Made by a program: the position numbers and the translations under genes | Shown: positions 28,797-36,939 of the stretch, piece by piece | How positions within the stretch are numbered: position 1 is the stretch's first letter | Layout of the letters: each line of letters begins with the position of its first letter | DNA from: a virus | Taxonomy: Duplodnaviria > Caudoviricetes | DNA length: 47,456 nt | Virus record (IMG/VR): IMGVR_UViG_3300020045_011880 | Span: 1 to 47,456 of that record | Reading direction: 5' to 3' (one strand) | Notes under the pieces: model-generated | Databases searched by the model: none | Told to the model about the DNA's origin: nothing | The model's input: the letters and a program-made list of their open reading frames with translations, nothing else

Positions 28797-29216
28797 AAAA
28801 TTTGAGCGTGTGAGGGAGTGTTCAACGGCCTGCTCTGCTGCCCACTTGAATTGCGTGAAGAACTCTTTAACATTTTTTTCGTTAAAGATGTTCTCGCCGC
28901 CAGGGAGCTGGATGTGCTGCCAGCCAATGGCCAGATTGCAAATCATGTCGATAGCATCGGACTCGCTTTCTTCGCTGGTAACGGTCTGGGTGTCGGTTGC
29001 CAAGATGCGAGCATTGTTGCGCTTGTGGTTGCGCTCAGCATGCTTGTTGGAGTCTTTGCCCAGCATCCAAACGCCTACCTTTTTCTCTGGATCGCCGCCC
29101 GCGCCAGTGGCAGGATCGCAACCTTCGTGCATGCGAACGCCTGAGCCTGGATGCTTAAGGTGAAGAAAGGTGCCTTCATTTGCTTTTTTTGCGGTGTCTA
29201 AATTTGAAAAATCCAT
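28791..29216 (-). CDS. Tail assembly chaperone (gpG-like)
   Basis: Between tail tube and tape measure; ends RSNFI over the A AAT TTT slippery heptamer. Confidence 0.85.
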   Translation of the reverse strand: MDFSNLDTAKKANEGTFLHLKHPGSGVRMHEGCDPATGAGGDPEKKVGVWMLGKDSNKHAERNHKRNNARILATDTQTVTSEESESDAIDMICNLAIGWQHIQLPGGENIFNEKNVKEFFTQFKWAAEQAVEHSLTRSNFI

Positions 29217-29251
29217 AGCATATACCTGTCAGTTAATTTTCCCTGTCAGTT

Positions 29252-29297
29252 AAAAAAGACACGGCCATGCGCCTGACAGGACACGGGTGGCCGTGGT
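29252..29297 (-). terminator. Intrinsic terminator after the major tail gene
   Basis: Minus strand cacggcca...tggccgtg followed by tctttttt. Confidence 0.65.
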
Positions 29298-29315
29298 TCT
29301 TGCGAACACGTTAAA

Positions 29316-29780
29316 TTATGGCGCTTCTTCTTCCAGCACATCATTGTCGATTGCAATGTTGGTGGTTTTCATAATGATACTGTCAACGCTACCCACTTCC
29401 ATTGGTGCCGATGCAACTTGGCCGGTGAAATAGTGAGCTTTCAAGCCTTTCACGTCGACCCAGAAAGCATATGAATCATCGTCATCAAGGCCGGACAGCA
29501 ACAAGGCTTGGCCTGGATCACCGCCAACTGTGGTGATGTCGTAAGCATAGGGAACTTCGATAGATCCGTTGTCATAGCTGCCCTTCCGTTTGATGGTCTG
29601 GCGGGTGCCAAGCGGATTGTGGTTCACGATATTGTAAACCTTACCGAAGCTTGGGATCGTGGTTAATTCTAAAACCTCAGTCCATACCAAAGCCTCAAAG
29701 CCTGCTTTGTCGTATGTCGCAGGCAATGCCGCGCTGACGTAGAGCGTTGAACCTGCTGCTGTTTGTGCTGCTGATGCCAT
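29316..29780 (-). CDS. Major tail tube protein
   Basis: TAAGSTLYVSAALPATYDKAGFEAL, KRKGSYDNG, DPGQ; SD ggagg before MASAAQ. Confidence 0.85.
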   Translation of the reverse strand: MASAAQTAAGSTLYVSAALPATYDKAGFEALVWTEVLELTTIPSFGKVYNIVNHNPLGTRQTIKRKGSYDNGSIEVPYAYDITTVGGDPGQALLLSGLDDDDSYAFWVDVKGLKAHYFTGQVASAPMEVGSVDSIIMKTTNIAIDNDVLEEEAP

Positions 29781-29795
29781 GATGGCCTCCAAAAA

Positions 29796-30182
29796 TTATG
29801 CTGCTGTGACTTTGCCAGCAATTTTAATTACCGCATCAGCGGTGCCTAGCCCGTTGTCGTCTCCGACTATTGGCAATTTTTTTACATAGCTACGGAACTG
29901 AATTTTAGTTCCGTTTGAAAATTGTAGCGTGGATAAAACTTTGAGGCCTACTGCCCGCGCTGATTCCATTTCAATCTGACCTGGGTCTGTGAAATCCCGC
30001 ATTAAAAACACGCTTACTGTTCCAAAGTCAGGCAGACCTGGCAAAAACTCTCGCTCGCCAGTGCTAAGCGGGTTGTGCGGCACATCTGGGGTTATTCCGT
30101 CTACTGTGCTATATCTGACTATGCCGCCAACCACAACGCCATTAAACGTGAATACAGTGCCTTGCCCGTCAATAATTGCCAT
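29796..30182 (-). CDS. Second tail-tube-fold protein (lambda gpV/HK97-like)
   Basis: GQGTVF, REFLPGLPDFG, DPGQ, F.NGT..F.SYVK, IKIAGKV. Confidence 0.65.
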   Translation of the reverse strand: MAIIDGQGTVFTFNGVVVGGIVRYSTVDGITPDVPHNPLSTGEREFLPGLPDFGTVSVFLMRDFTDPGQIEMESARAVGLKVLSTLQFSNGTKIQFRSYVKKLPIVGDDNGLGTADAVIKIAGKVTAA

Positions 30183-30568
30183 TACATATCCTGCACGAAA
30201 CAGCGAATATTTATTTCAAATACTGGCCGATTGTTCTCGGCAAAGTATGGTCCCATTACGGCGGCAAGTGGCTCAAGCTTTAAAACACCTTCTGGCGCAG
30301 TCAGCCCGCCAAAATACTTGAATATTGCATCTGCCTTGCCATTCATATCGATAATATCTTTTGCGTTCGCATAAAGAATAACCTTGACGTCTGGCTGTTG
30401 CACTACCGAGTTACGGGGACCGCCACCGCCAGCCATCCTGAACACTGCTATATTAGTGCTGCCTTTCATGTCTTCGTCAACACAGCGATAATATTTTGTC
30501 TCAATACCGTCAAGCAGTCCGGCCATTCTCAAATGAGTTGCTATCTTTTCAAGTAGTGGATAGCTCAT
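30182..30568 (-). CDS. Tail terminator/completion protein
   Basis: Position and size; C-terminal GPYFAENNRPVFEI. Confidence 0.65.
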   Translation of the reverse strand: MSYPLLEKIATHLRMAGLLDGIETKYYRCVDEDMKGSTNIAVFRMAGGGGPRNSVVQQPDVKVILYANAKDIIDMNGKADAIFKYFGGLTAPEGVLKLEPLAAVMGPYFAENNRPVFEINIRCFVQDM

Positions 30569-31006
30569 TTAAACCGCCATATGTTTTTTTAGTATTAGCT
30601 GAGCCATGTCGGTTGCCATTTCTTCCATTCCTTTTTCAAGGAAATGGGGCTCTGCCGCTGGGTCCCAGTATCTGCCCTTGCCGGTTCCGCCGCCGAACGC
30701 TACACCCGCTCGCGTTGCCCCGAAATGTCCGCGAGGCTGGCCTTTCAGCTTTCCGCTGGCTCGGTTAACGTATCCGGCATAATAGGCGCCGTAGAAAACT
30801 GATCCTGCCCATCCATTCGCGCCCGGGTATGTTTGTCGGCCCTGGCTTTGGCGAAGGTTTCCAGTGTCCGCTGGCGTCAATATTTGCGAATTCGCGCCGC
30901 CGACAATAAGCATTTCGGTTATCGCGGCCTCAGTGTTTTTGCCCTTGGCATCGCTGAGCGTGAGCTTAAGTCTGCCAACAACGCTATCGAGACCTTTAAC
31001 GCCCAT
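30569..31006 (-). CDS. Neck/tail completion protein (HK97 gp10-like)
   Basis: VKGLD, TPADTGNLRQS, YAGYV, PHFLEKG. Confidence 0.8.
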   Translation of the reverse strand: MGVKGLDSVVGRLKLTLSDAKGKNTEAAITEMLIVGGANSQILTPADTGNLRQSQGRQTYPGANGWAGSVFYGAYYAGYVNRASGKLKGQPRGHFGATRAGVAFGGGTGKGRYWDPAAEPHFLEKGMEEMATDMAQLILKKHMAV

Positions 31007-31014
31007 TACTCACC

Positions 31015-31371
31015 TCAGGTGTAAATTTCCCAATCTGGAAGCTCGCCGTCGAAACCACCATTGCCATAACCGCGAACTTTTTTAATTATCTCGGCGTTAA
31101 CCGTGGCTGGGTCTGCTATGGCGGTGTTGTCGCCGCGCAGGATGTAATATTTCGGCTTTGGTATCAGCTCCGAACCATCGGCAGCCTCAAAATAATAAGT
31201 ACTCTCTGGTGCGAACTGGATGCCGTTTGCGTCTGCCTGCGCATTCCCGCCTTCCGCCCAGTCGCCCATCAGCAAATAAGGCGTACCGAAAACAGGCTGA
31301 GCGGCAGAGTCAAAAGTAACCGGCCACACTGTCAACTGAAAAACGTACGTCCAATTGCCCATGCTAGACAT
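31015..31371 (-). CDS. Head closure protein
   Basis: Position and size; MSSMGNWTY start as in T1-like connectors. Confidence 0.65.
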   Translation of the reverse strand: MSSMGNWTYVFQLTVWPVTFDSAAQPVFGTPYLLMGDWAEGGNAQADANGIQFAPESTYYFEAADGSELIPKPKYYILRGDNTAIADPATVNAEIIKKVRGYGNGGFDGELPDWEIYT

Positions 31372-31766
31372 TATTCACACACCTGGCGGCCAACGCTCAT
31401 GATAGACAGATAGCTTCCGCCACTCTCAATCAGACCAACTATGCAGCCGCTAGAATCAAGCTGCGACAGGCTGGCACCATAAGGGGATGCGTTAACGCCT
31501 ACACCCTTCCAGGCTGACCAGCTTTGACTTGCGCCGCTCGCGGCATGCTGGCTTGTCAGGTTGCCCTTTCCGCCATTTGCCTGCATCCAGCACATATGGC
31601 GAACGGCATAAATTTTTAGAATCTTTTGCTTACTTTCAGAAACACCGGCACCGTCAAGACACAGATCAGCCTCATCGACAATCTCGATCAAAAGGTTGAT
31701 TTCTTCCTCGCTAACGGTTGTTGCAAACCCGTTAACAACGTCATCGTATGTAATGACGGCAGCCAA
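31371..31766 (-). CDS. Head-tail adaptor protein
   Basis: DLCLD, SQHAASGASQSW, LDSSGC motifs. Confidence 0.72.
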   Translation of the reverse strand: MAAVITYDDVVNGFATTVSEEEINLLIEIVDEADLCLDGAGVSESKQKILKIYAVRHMCWMQANGGKGNLTSQHAASGASQSWSAWKGVGVNASPYGASLSQLDSSGCIVGLIESGGSYLSIMSVGRQVCE

Positions 31767-32114
31767 TTATTTTCCGCCTTTCTTTTTGTCGGCCAGATCT
31801 TGCTCGGCATCAATTTCAGCCTGCAATTTTGCCTCTTCTGCTGCGGCATGATCCGCAACAAATTGAGTGACCTGGGCATCCACTTGCTTTGCTACCTCAG
31901 CATCAATGCGAGCCTGAATTTCAGCCTCAGATTGGCCGACAACAAAGGTTTTACCTTCATCAGAACCAATCTCGGCAACCTTATTCAAAAGGGCGCCTTC
32001 GATCTTATCGACAGTCAACACAGTGCCAATTTCTTGCTCGACGTCCGCGCCCTTCACTGCCAGAAACAGGCCAGGGCGGATTACTTTTACTTTTACGGTC
32101 ATAGCTTTCACCAT
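31767..32114 (-). CDS. Hypothetical protein after the major capsid gene
   Basis: Short beta N-terminus plus Ala/Glu helical tail. Confidence 0.7.
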   Translation of the reverse strand: MVKAMTVKVKVIRPGLFLAVKGADVEQEIGTVLTVDKIEGALLNKVAEIGSDEGKTFVVGQSEAEIQARIDAEVAKQVDAQVTQFVADHAAAEEAKLQAEIDAEQDLADKKKGGK

Positions 32115-32116
32115 TT

Positions 32117-32143
32117 AAAACTGGGGGCTTTTACACCCCCGAT
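32117..32143 (-). terminator. Intrinsic terminator after the major capsid gene
   Basis: Minus strand gggggt-gtaaaa-gccccc followed by agtttt. Confidence 0.7.
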
Positions 32144-32146
32144 TAA

Positions 32147-33136
32147 TTAAGACGATACCGCCAAGCCCATTTGGCCATTAGCATCGTATTTCAATTCCAG
32201 GGCGGTAGCAGCCATGATCTTGAATACATAATCGTCTTCCAGGTTCGCACGGAAGCGCGGCAGAGTAGTGATAGGCATGCTGTTCAACACCTCCGCTACA
32301 TCGCGGCGCTTGATGATTGCGATAATGGTGTTTGCTGGCACCTTGCTTGAAGGAACAAAACCAGCAATGCCGCCAATCTCCATCAGCGCCTTGGCAATGG
32401 TTTTCGGATAGTTCGCGGTGTAGTCGGTGTTGCTGGCGTAGAACCAATCACCCCAGTTCACATAAAAAGTCACATCGCCGTAGAAATTATCAGCCTGCAA
32501 CAGTTTCATGGTGGCAATAACTTCTGCCTTCCAGTTTGCACCGGTAGTGGTCGCAAGGGTTGAACCAGTAGAGCGAGTGTTGCGGCTCGGGTGGTTCAGC
32601 AAGCCGTACAAAGGCATACCAGAGACAACGATTTTCGACTCACCGTTAAGCGTGACGTCTTCCATCTTCTCGGCAATCTTGCGCAGGCCATTGGCGCGTG
32701 CGGGAGTGTCAATGGAGTAACCTTCACTTTGCGCGGCCAACATTTGACGCCAGCCGAATTTAAAGGTGGTGTCGTAGAATGGAATCGGTGTACCGACATA
32801 CGCATACTCAGGCTGATCAGTGCGCGCTTCGCTGCGGCCATCAAGGCTCACATTAACTTCGCCGCTGTCGCCAACTTGTTGGAAGTAGTGCAACAGCTTG
32901 CCAATAGGCATAGGCTTAGAAAGCGAGGCCGACAGATCATTAAACACTGACAATACATCGCGCTGAATCTCGATGGCATCGCGATCCCAGGTTGCCCACA
33001 CATCTTTTGGCAAAGGAGCGGCGTTACCAATGATAATCTGTCTGCCGTGGGTGGCCTGCATGGCGGCATGGCTGTTGCCGTGCGCCTTGCGGGTTTCGTT
33101 AATGAATAAAATTTGCTCTTTAGTAAAACGCAGCAT
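32147..33136 (-). CDS. Major capsid protein (HK97 fold)
   Basis: 329 aa after the decoration gene; SLDG, GTPIP, FGWRQ, YGLLNHP. Confidence 0.88.
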   Translation of the reverse strand: MLRFTKEQILFINETRKAHGNSHAAMQATHGRQIIIGNAAPLPKDVWATWDRDAIEIQRDVLSVFNDLSASLSKPMPIGKLLHYFQQVGDSGEVNVSLDGRSEARTDQPEYAYVGTPIPFYDTTFKFGWRQMLAAQSEGYSIDTPARANGLRKIAEKMEDVTLNGESKIVVSGMPLYGLLNHPSRNTRSTGSTLATTTGANWKAEVIATMKLLQADNFYGDVTFYVNWGDWFYASNTDYTANYPKTIAKALMEIGGIAGFVPSSKVPANTIIAIIKRRDVAEVLNSMPITTLPRFRANLEDDYVFKIMAATALELKYDANGQMGLAVSS

Positions 33137-33146
33137 GGCTCACCCC

Positions 33147-33584
33147 TTATGCTTTAACATATTGATCGGCGGCAACGAAATCGTCTAAATCGCCAGCAGA
33201 TAATGCAACGCCGGAACCGGCATAGAAGCCGACCACGATGTTAGTTGATGCTGCTGCAACCAAACGACCAGCAGCGCCAATGGTTAGCTCCTGTTGGAAT
33301 GTGTATGTAGCAGCAGCAAAGCGAGCCACATAGGGCTCCTTCGGAATCAGCTCATACACTTCTGCGGTATCGCCAGAAGGATAGGCATCCGCAATGCTTT
33401 GGCCCATAAACTCGCGATTAGCCAGCAGGAATTGACGGCCTGCAGCAGTAGTGGACTGAGTTAAGGTAGTCGCAGACGAGGTGCAAAAAGTGCCCGGCAA
33501 ATATGCGCCAGCGACTTTTTTGTCTGTGATTGTTTTCATGTCGGCATTAACGCCGCGATAAATTTGGTGCGCAGTTGTCGCCAT
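33147..33584 (-). CDS. Capsid decoration protein
   Basis: 145-aa Ala/Thr-rich protein between protease and capsid; LTIGAAGRL. Confidence 0.7.
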   Translation of the reverse strand: MATTAHQIYRGVNADMKTITDKKVAGAYLPGTFCTSSATTLTQSTTAAGRQFLLANREFMGQSIADAYPSGDTAEVYELIPKEPYVARFAAATYTFQQELTIGAAGRLVAAASTNIVVGFYAGSGVALSAGDLDDFVAADQYVKA

Positions 33585-33586
33585 GA

Positions 33587-34801
33587 TTATTTAGCTCCTA
33601 ATGCCGCGTCGATAGCCGCGTTGGGGTTGTAGTCATTGGCGATATAATCCTCGCCAGCGCTTGGCTTGAATACGCCATTCACGATAGGAGCGGCAGCACC
33701 AGGCTTAACCTTATCCGCAAGCTTGCGCAATGCGTTTACGGTCATGCCCTTGCAGTCGTCCGCATCAAGCAAGTCATTGGTGACGACTTTTTCAGTCAAT
33801 GCGGTGCGCTCAGCTTCGGAAGCTGCGGCAGCATTGGTCTGAATCTCAGCCAGGGAATCGGTAAGTGGTTTAATCGCGGCTTGCACAGCCTCGCTCACGT
33901 CCGACTTGATTTTTTCGGCATTGGTCTTAAGCTCTTTTACCTGCTCAGCCAGCGCATTAAACTGCTCTTCTGTCACGGCCATGGTGTTATCCTCTGGGTT
34001 GTCGTGATTGGTGTTTAGGCCGCTGGCCTCCGGTGTTAGGCCAATGCCTTTCAGCAGTGACATAATTTTGTCAACAAAGCTTTGTGAACGCTTTGCTTTA
34101 TCGAGACGGTCAACGCTATCGAATAGGTTTTTAGCTGCCCACTCTACGTCATTTTCGTAGCAGTCAAGATAGGAATTAATAACGGTGATTTCTTTTTGGT
34201 CGCCGCTCTTGTTGACCATCATACCCACACCCTGAGAGGGGCGCGCCGCGCCTTCCTCACCAATCAGGATGGCGTCATGGTCGAAATACATATTGCTAGC
34301 AATGTAGGAAAATGCCGGATCGGTTGATTCGATGAGATCGAGTAGTACGCCGGTCGAAGTCTCGATGGGCTCGCCCTTGTTGATTGCATCAATCAGCGCG
34401 CGGCCATGCTCAGTGCGATTTGCGACTTCGACGTCAATAACTTTGTCGAGAAATACGCGGCCATTCTCGCGGCGGACGTTTTCATTGTGCGCGCCAACGT
34501 GGTAGCCATTGATAGCTTCCGGGTCTTGCGCGCTCACGTAGTTATTGTTGACCATCGGATGGCCAAGAGGTGCAAAAGTGCGGTCCAGGGTGTGGAAGCT
34601 TTTGGCAATCTCTGCGGCTGGGTACTTGATGCCATTCATCACCACGTCATCGGGCAAGGTGGCAGAGGGAACAACAATAACATCGCGGCCATTGCGTTTT
34701 TCGTGGCGAATAGTCGCCTTGTTTACGGCGGTGCTGATATTGACGCGCACCGAGCCGCTAAGCGCTGGGATTTTATCTTTATTGGCAATGGCTTGAGGCA
34801 T
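33587..34801 (-). CDS. Prohead protease/scaffold fusion (DUF2213-like)
   Basis: DDVVMNG, APLGHP, TSTG, DHDAILIGEEGAA..QGVG; helical C-terminal scaffold region. Confidence 0.85.
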   Translation of the reverse strand: MPQAIANKDKIPALSGSVRVNISTAVNKATIRHEKRNGRDVIVVPSATLPDDVVMNGIKYPAAEIAKSFHTLDRTFAPLGHPMVNNNYVSAQDPEAINGYHVGAHNENVRRENGRVFLDKVIDVEVANRTEHGRALIDAINKGEPIETSTGVLLDLIESTDPAFSYIASNMYFDHDAILIGEEGAARPSQGVGMMVNKSGDQKEITVINSYLDCYENDVEWAAKNLFDSVDRLDKAKRSQSFVDKIMSLLKGIGLTPEASGLNTNHDNPEDNTMAVTEEQFNALAEQVKELKTNAEKIKSDVSEAVQAAIKPLTDSLAEIQTNAAAASEAERTALTEKVVTNDLLDADDCKGMTVNALRKLADKVKPGAAAPIVNGVFKPSAGEDYIANDYNPNAAIDAALGAK

Positions 34802-34830
34802 TTTGACACCGTTTTGATAGCTCTATGTCA

Positions 34831-34859
34831 AGCATAGGCGGTTATCCGTAACGGTGCAA
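34831..34859 (-). promoter_or_regulatory. Sigma70-type promoter for the capsid/tail operon
   Basis: Minus strand TTGCAC-17 bp-TATGCT. Confidence 0.6.
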
Positions 34860-34880
34860 GTGATTGAATTATAAGTGGTT

Positions 34881-34930
34881 TATGTATAATACTTGCTAAA
34901 TATGTATAATGATGTATATTTATGTATAAA
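34881..34930 (+). promoter_or_regulatory. Promoter with four phased ATGTATA repeats
   Basis: tatgtataat(34881), tatgtataat(34901), gatgtatatt(34911), tatgtataaa(34921); TTGCTA-16 bp-TATATT. Confidence 0.6.
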
Positions 34931-34947
34931 TAACCGGAGTAAATTTT

Positions 34948-35163
34948 ATGACAGAAGAACAAAAAGCAGCTTATTTATCAGTGAAGTCGGTGGCTAGGCG
35001 CTACGAGATCACCCGCGATTGCGTTTACAAGTGGATTGCCAGCGGCAAGATACCTGAGCCAATCAAGATCAACGGTGTGCAGCGCTGGAGGATAGAAGAT
35101 CTGGAGCTTTGGGAGTTGACGCATAACCGTTCGCCAAAACAACCAAAAATTGAGGAGGTGTAA
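34948..35163 (+). CDS. AlpA/excisionase-like HTH DNA-binding protein
   Basis: YLSVKSVARRYEITRDCVYKWIASGKIPEPIKING..RWR. Confidence 0.85.
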   Translation: MTEEQKAAYLSVKSVARRYEITRDCVYKWIASGKIPEPIKINGVQRWRIEDLELWELTHNRSPKQPKIEEV

Positions 35164-35165
35164 TC

Positions 35166-35354
35166 GTGAAATCACTAACCGAACAACAGTTGCGCGATGC
35201 CTTAATAAATGCCCACATAAAAGGCTGGACCCAATGCGAGCAATTTTTTGAAGACAAAAGCAGGTTTGGCACGATTAGAGCGGCACAGAAGAACAAGCCA
35301 ACACTGCATCAAGAAAGAAATTCCTTCATAGAAAAAATAATTTCGGAGTTGTAG
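35166..35354 (+). CDS. Hypothetical protein
   Basis: SD gaggagg, GTG start. Confidence 0.7.
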   Translation: MKSLTEQQLRDALINAHIKGWTQCEQFFEDKSRFGTIRAAQKNKPTLHQERNSFIEKIISEL

Positions 35355-35356
35355 CA

Positions 35357-35608
35357 GTGAAATCATTAATAATTTACGCCATCAAATGGCTGTCAATATT
35401 TACAGCTATGGCCATTACCCTGAATTTATTATTTCCCAGCGATATTGCAAAAATATCTTATTGGTTAATTGTGTTTTTATGGCTAGGAACAAGCCACAAG
35501 AAAAATAAATTTGCAGCCGAGGTTTCATTTTTCGGCATTCGAATATACGCGAAAGCCGGAAACGCCAATTTTTTACTGGGATTCACATGGGGGGATTCAG
35601 CAAAATGA
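35357..35608 (+). CDS. Hypothetical membrane protein
   Basis: Two hydrophobic segments; SD ggag. Confidence 0.65.
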   Translation: MKSLIIYAIKWLSIFTAMAITLNLLFPSDIAKISYWLIVFLWLGTSHKKNKFAAEVSFFGIRIYAKAGNANFLLGFTWGDSAK

Positions 35609-35883
35609 TGCCATCAACCGGAACATTCATAGCCGACAAATCAGCAAAACACGAGCCCCTGTACTCCATTGCGGATGTCGGGAAAATGGAAGGCTTCGCG
35701 ACTTACCAAACCATGACCCAGTGGGCAAAGAAAAACAAGCTGCCGCGACACAAGGCAATCGTGGTCAGGGGCAGGAAAGAAGTAAAACTTTACTCTCTCG
35801 ATGGGCTAAAGGTTTGGCACTCGGAAGTAATGAAAACGCTAAAATTTCCTGATCGCGTTGGCCGCCGATATGAGATGAAATAG
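35605..35883 (+). CDS. Putative winged-HTH DNA-binding protein
   Basis: LYSIADV...YQTMTQWAKKNKLP...KLYSLDGLKVW. Confidence 0.55.
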   Translation: MMPSTGTFIADKSAKHEPLYSIADVGKMEGFATYQTMTQWAKKNKLPRHKAIVVRGRKEVKLYSLDGLKVWHSEVMKTLKFPDRVGRRYEMK

Positions 35884-35885
35884 CC

Positions 35886-36098
35886 ATGTACTCGCGAACA
35901 AAGGAACAACTTAAAAATGCGGTCTGGATTGTTTGCAAGAGGTGTGGCGAGCGCAAGACCGAGGACAATTACAGCTCTGGAAAAGCAAAATGCAAACGGT
36001 GCGAGACAGATCGCAGGAATGCGAAAGACCAACAAAAGCGGATTGACTTTCACGCTAAATATTTACAGAACTATAACCGCGAAGAGGATTTAAAATGA
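35886..36098 (+). CDS. Small zinc-ribbon protein
   Basis: CKRC...CKRC. Confidence 0.65.
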   Translation: MYSRTKEQLKNAVWIVCKRCGERKTEDNYSSGKAKCKRCETDRRNAKDQQKRIDFHAKYLQNYNREEDLK

Positions 36099-36200
36099 AG
36101 TCACCATCACGAAAAGAGTTGCTTGTTTTGGCGGTAATCGAATTATCCGCCTACGCGGCTGCCATTGGTGTCGTATATCTAGTCTATATGCTCATAAATA

Positions 36201-36449
36201 ATGCGGCCTAGCAAAGTCTACGACATTGACGACTGGTGCGAGCACTATGGAGACGTCCTGCTTTTGCATTTTGACAGCTTTAGCGAGCCGCCCATAGTGC
36301 TTGTATCATCGCCAATGGATTGCGTATTTCACGCTTACGGTGTCGGCTATTGGACTCATTTTATTATCCATGAGTGGAATGATGTGTTTGAGCAGGCGAT
36401 TAAAATTAATGATAGGAACGCGCATGGCGTTAATGGTGTGAAATTATGA
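36201..36449 (+). CDS. Hypothetical phage protein
   Basis: DDWCEHYGDVL...EPP...YWTHF motif. Confidence 0.7.
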   Translation: MRPSKVYDIDDWCEHYGDVLLLHFDSFSEPPIVLVSSPMDCVFHAYGVGYWTHFIIHEWNDVFEQAIKINDRNAHGVNGVKL

Positions 36450-36649
36450 ATATGTGGGACTTTTTCAATCAGCATGAATTTTTGGCGTGGTGTGCCTTGT
36501 GGCTAGTCTGGCTAATGATTCCGGCACTGCAAACTATTCTTTTATTAGTTAACCGAACTTATCGCGCAATCAATATTTTGTTTCATGGGTGGCCGCCTGC
36601 GCATCTTGATGCTGATGGGGATTTTGTTAAGATTGAGGGGGTAAAGTGA
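36446..36649 (+). CDS. Small membrane protein
   Basis: TM helix followed by HGWPPAHLDADGDF. Confidence 0.7.
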   Translation: MNMWDFFNQHEFLAWCALWLVWLMIPALQTILLLVNRTYRAINILFHGWPPAHLDADGDFVKIEGVK

Positions 36650-36939
36650 AGCCAAGAATATTTGCAAACCTAAAAAGATTTTTTGATTATATTTCAAAAT
36701 CAGAAATCAGCAAAATAGATGGGTGCGGCGTATTTATTGATGGTGTTATCTGCATCACATCTATATACAGAAGAACAATCAATCATGGCGTTGAATTTCA
36801 AGAATTAAGGCTTGAGCCCTTAACGGGAAAAACAATGATAAGATGCTATGACATAGAGATTAACAGTATTGGCGCCTTCAATTGTTACAAAATACCAAAA
36901 GAAAAAAATCGTCCAGCAGTGGAAGTTATATTCCACTAA
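36646..36939 (+). CDS. Hypothetical protein
   Basis: GTGA coupling; stop overlaps the stop of the convergent head gene. Confidence 0.6.
   Translation: MKPRIFANLKRFFDYISKSEISKIDGCGVFIDGVICITSIYRRTINHGVEFQELRLEPLTGKTMIRCYDIEINSIGAFNCYKIPKEKNRPAVEVIFH

Noticed and set aside
34948-35163. Evidence for an integrating temperate lifestyle from the Xis-like gene
   Set aside because: No integrase, CI-type repressor with peptidase domain or partition genes recognised anywhere in the genome
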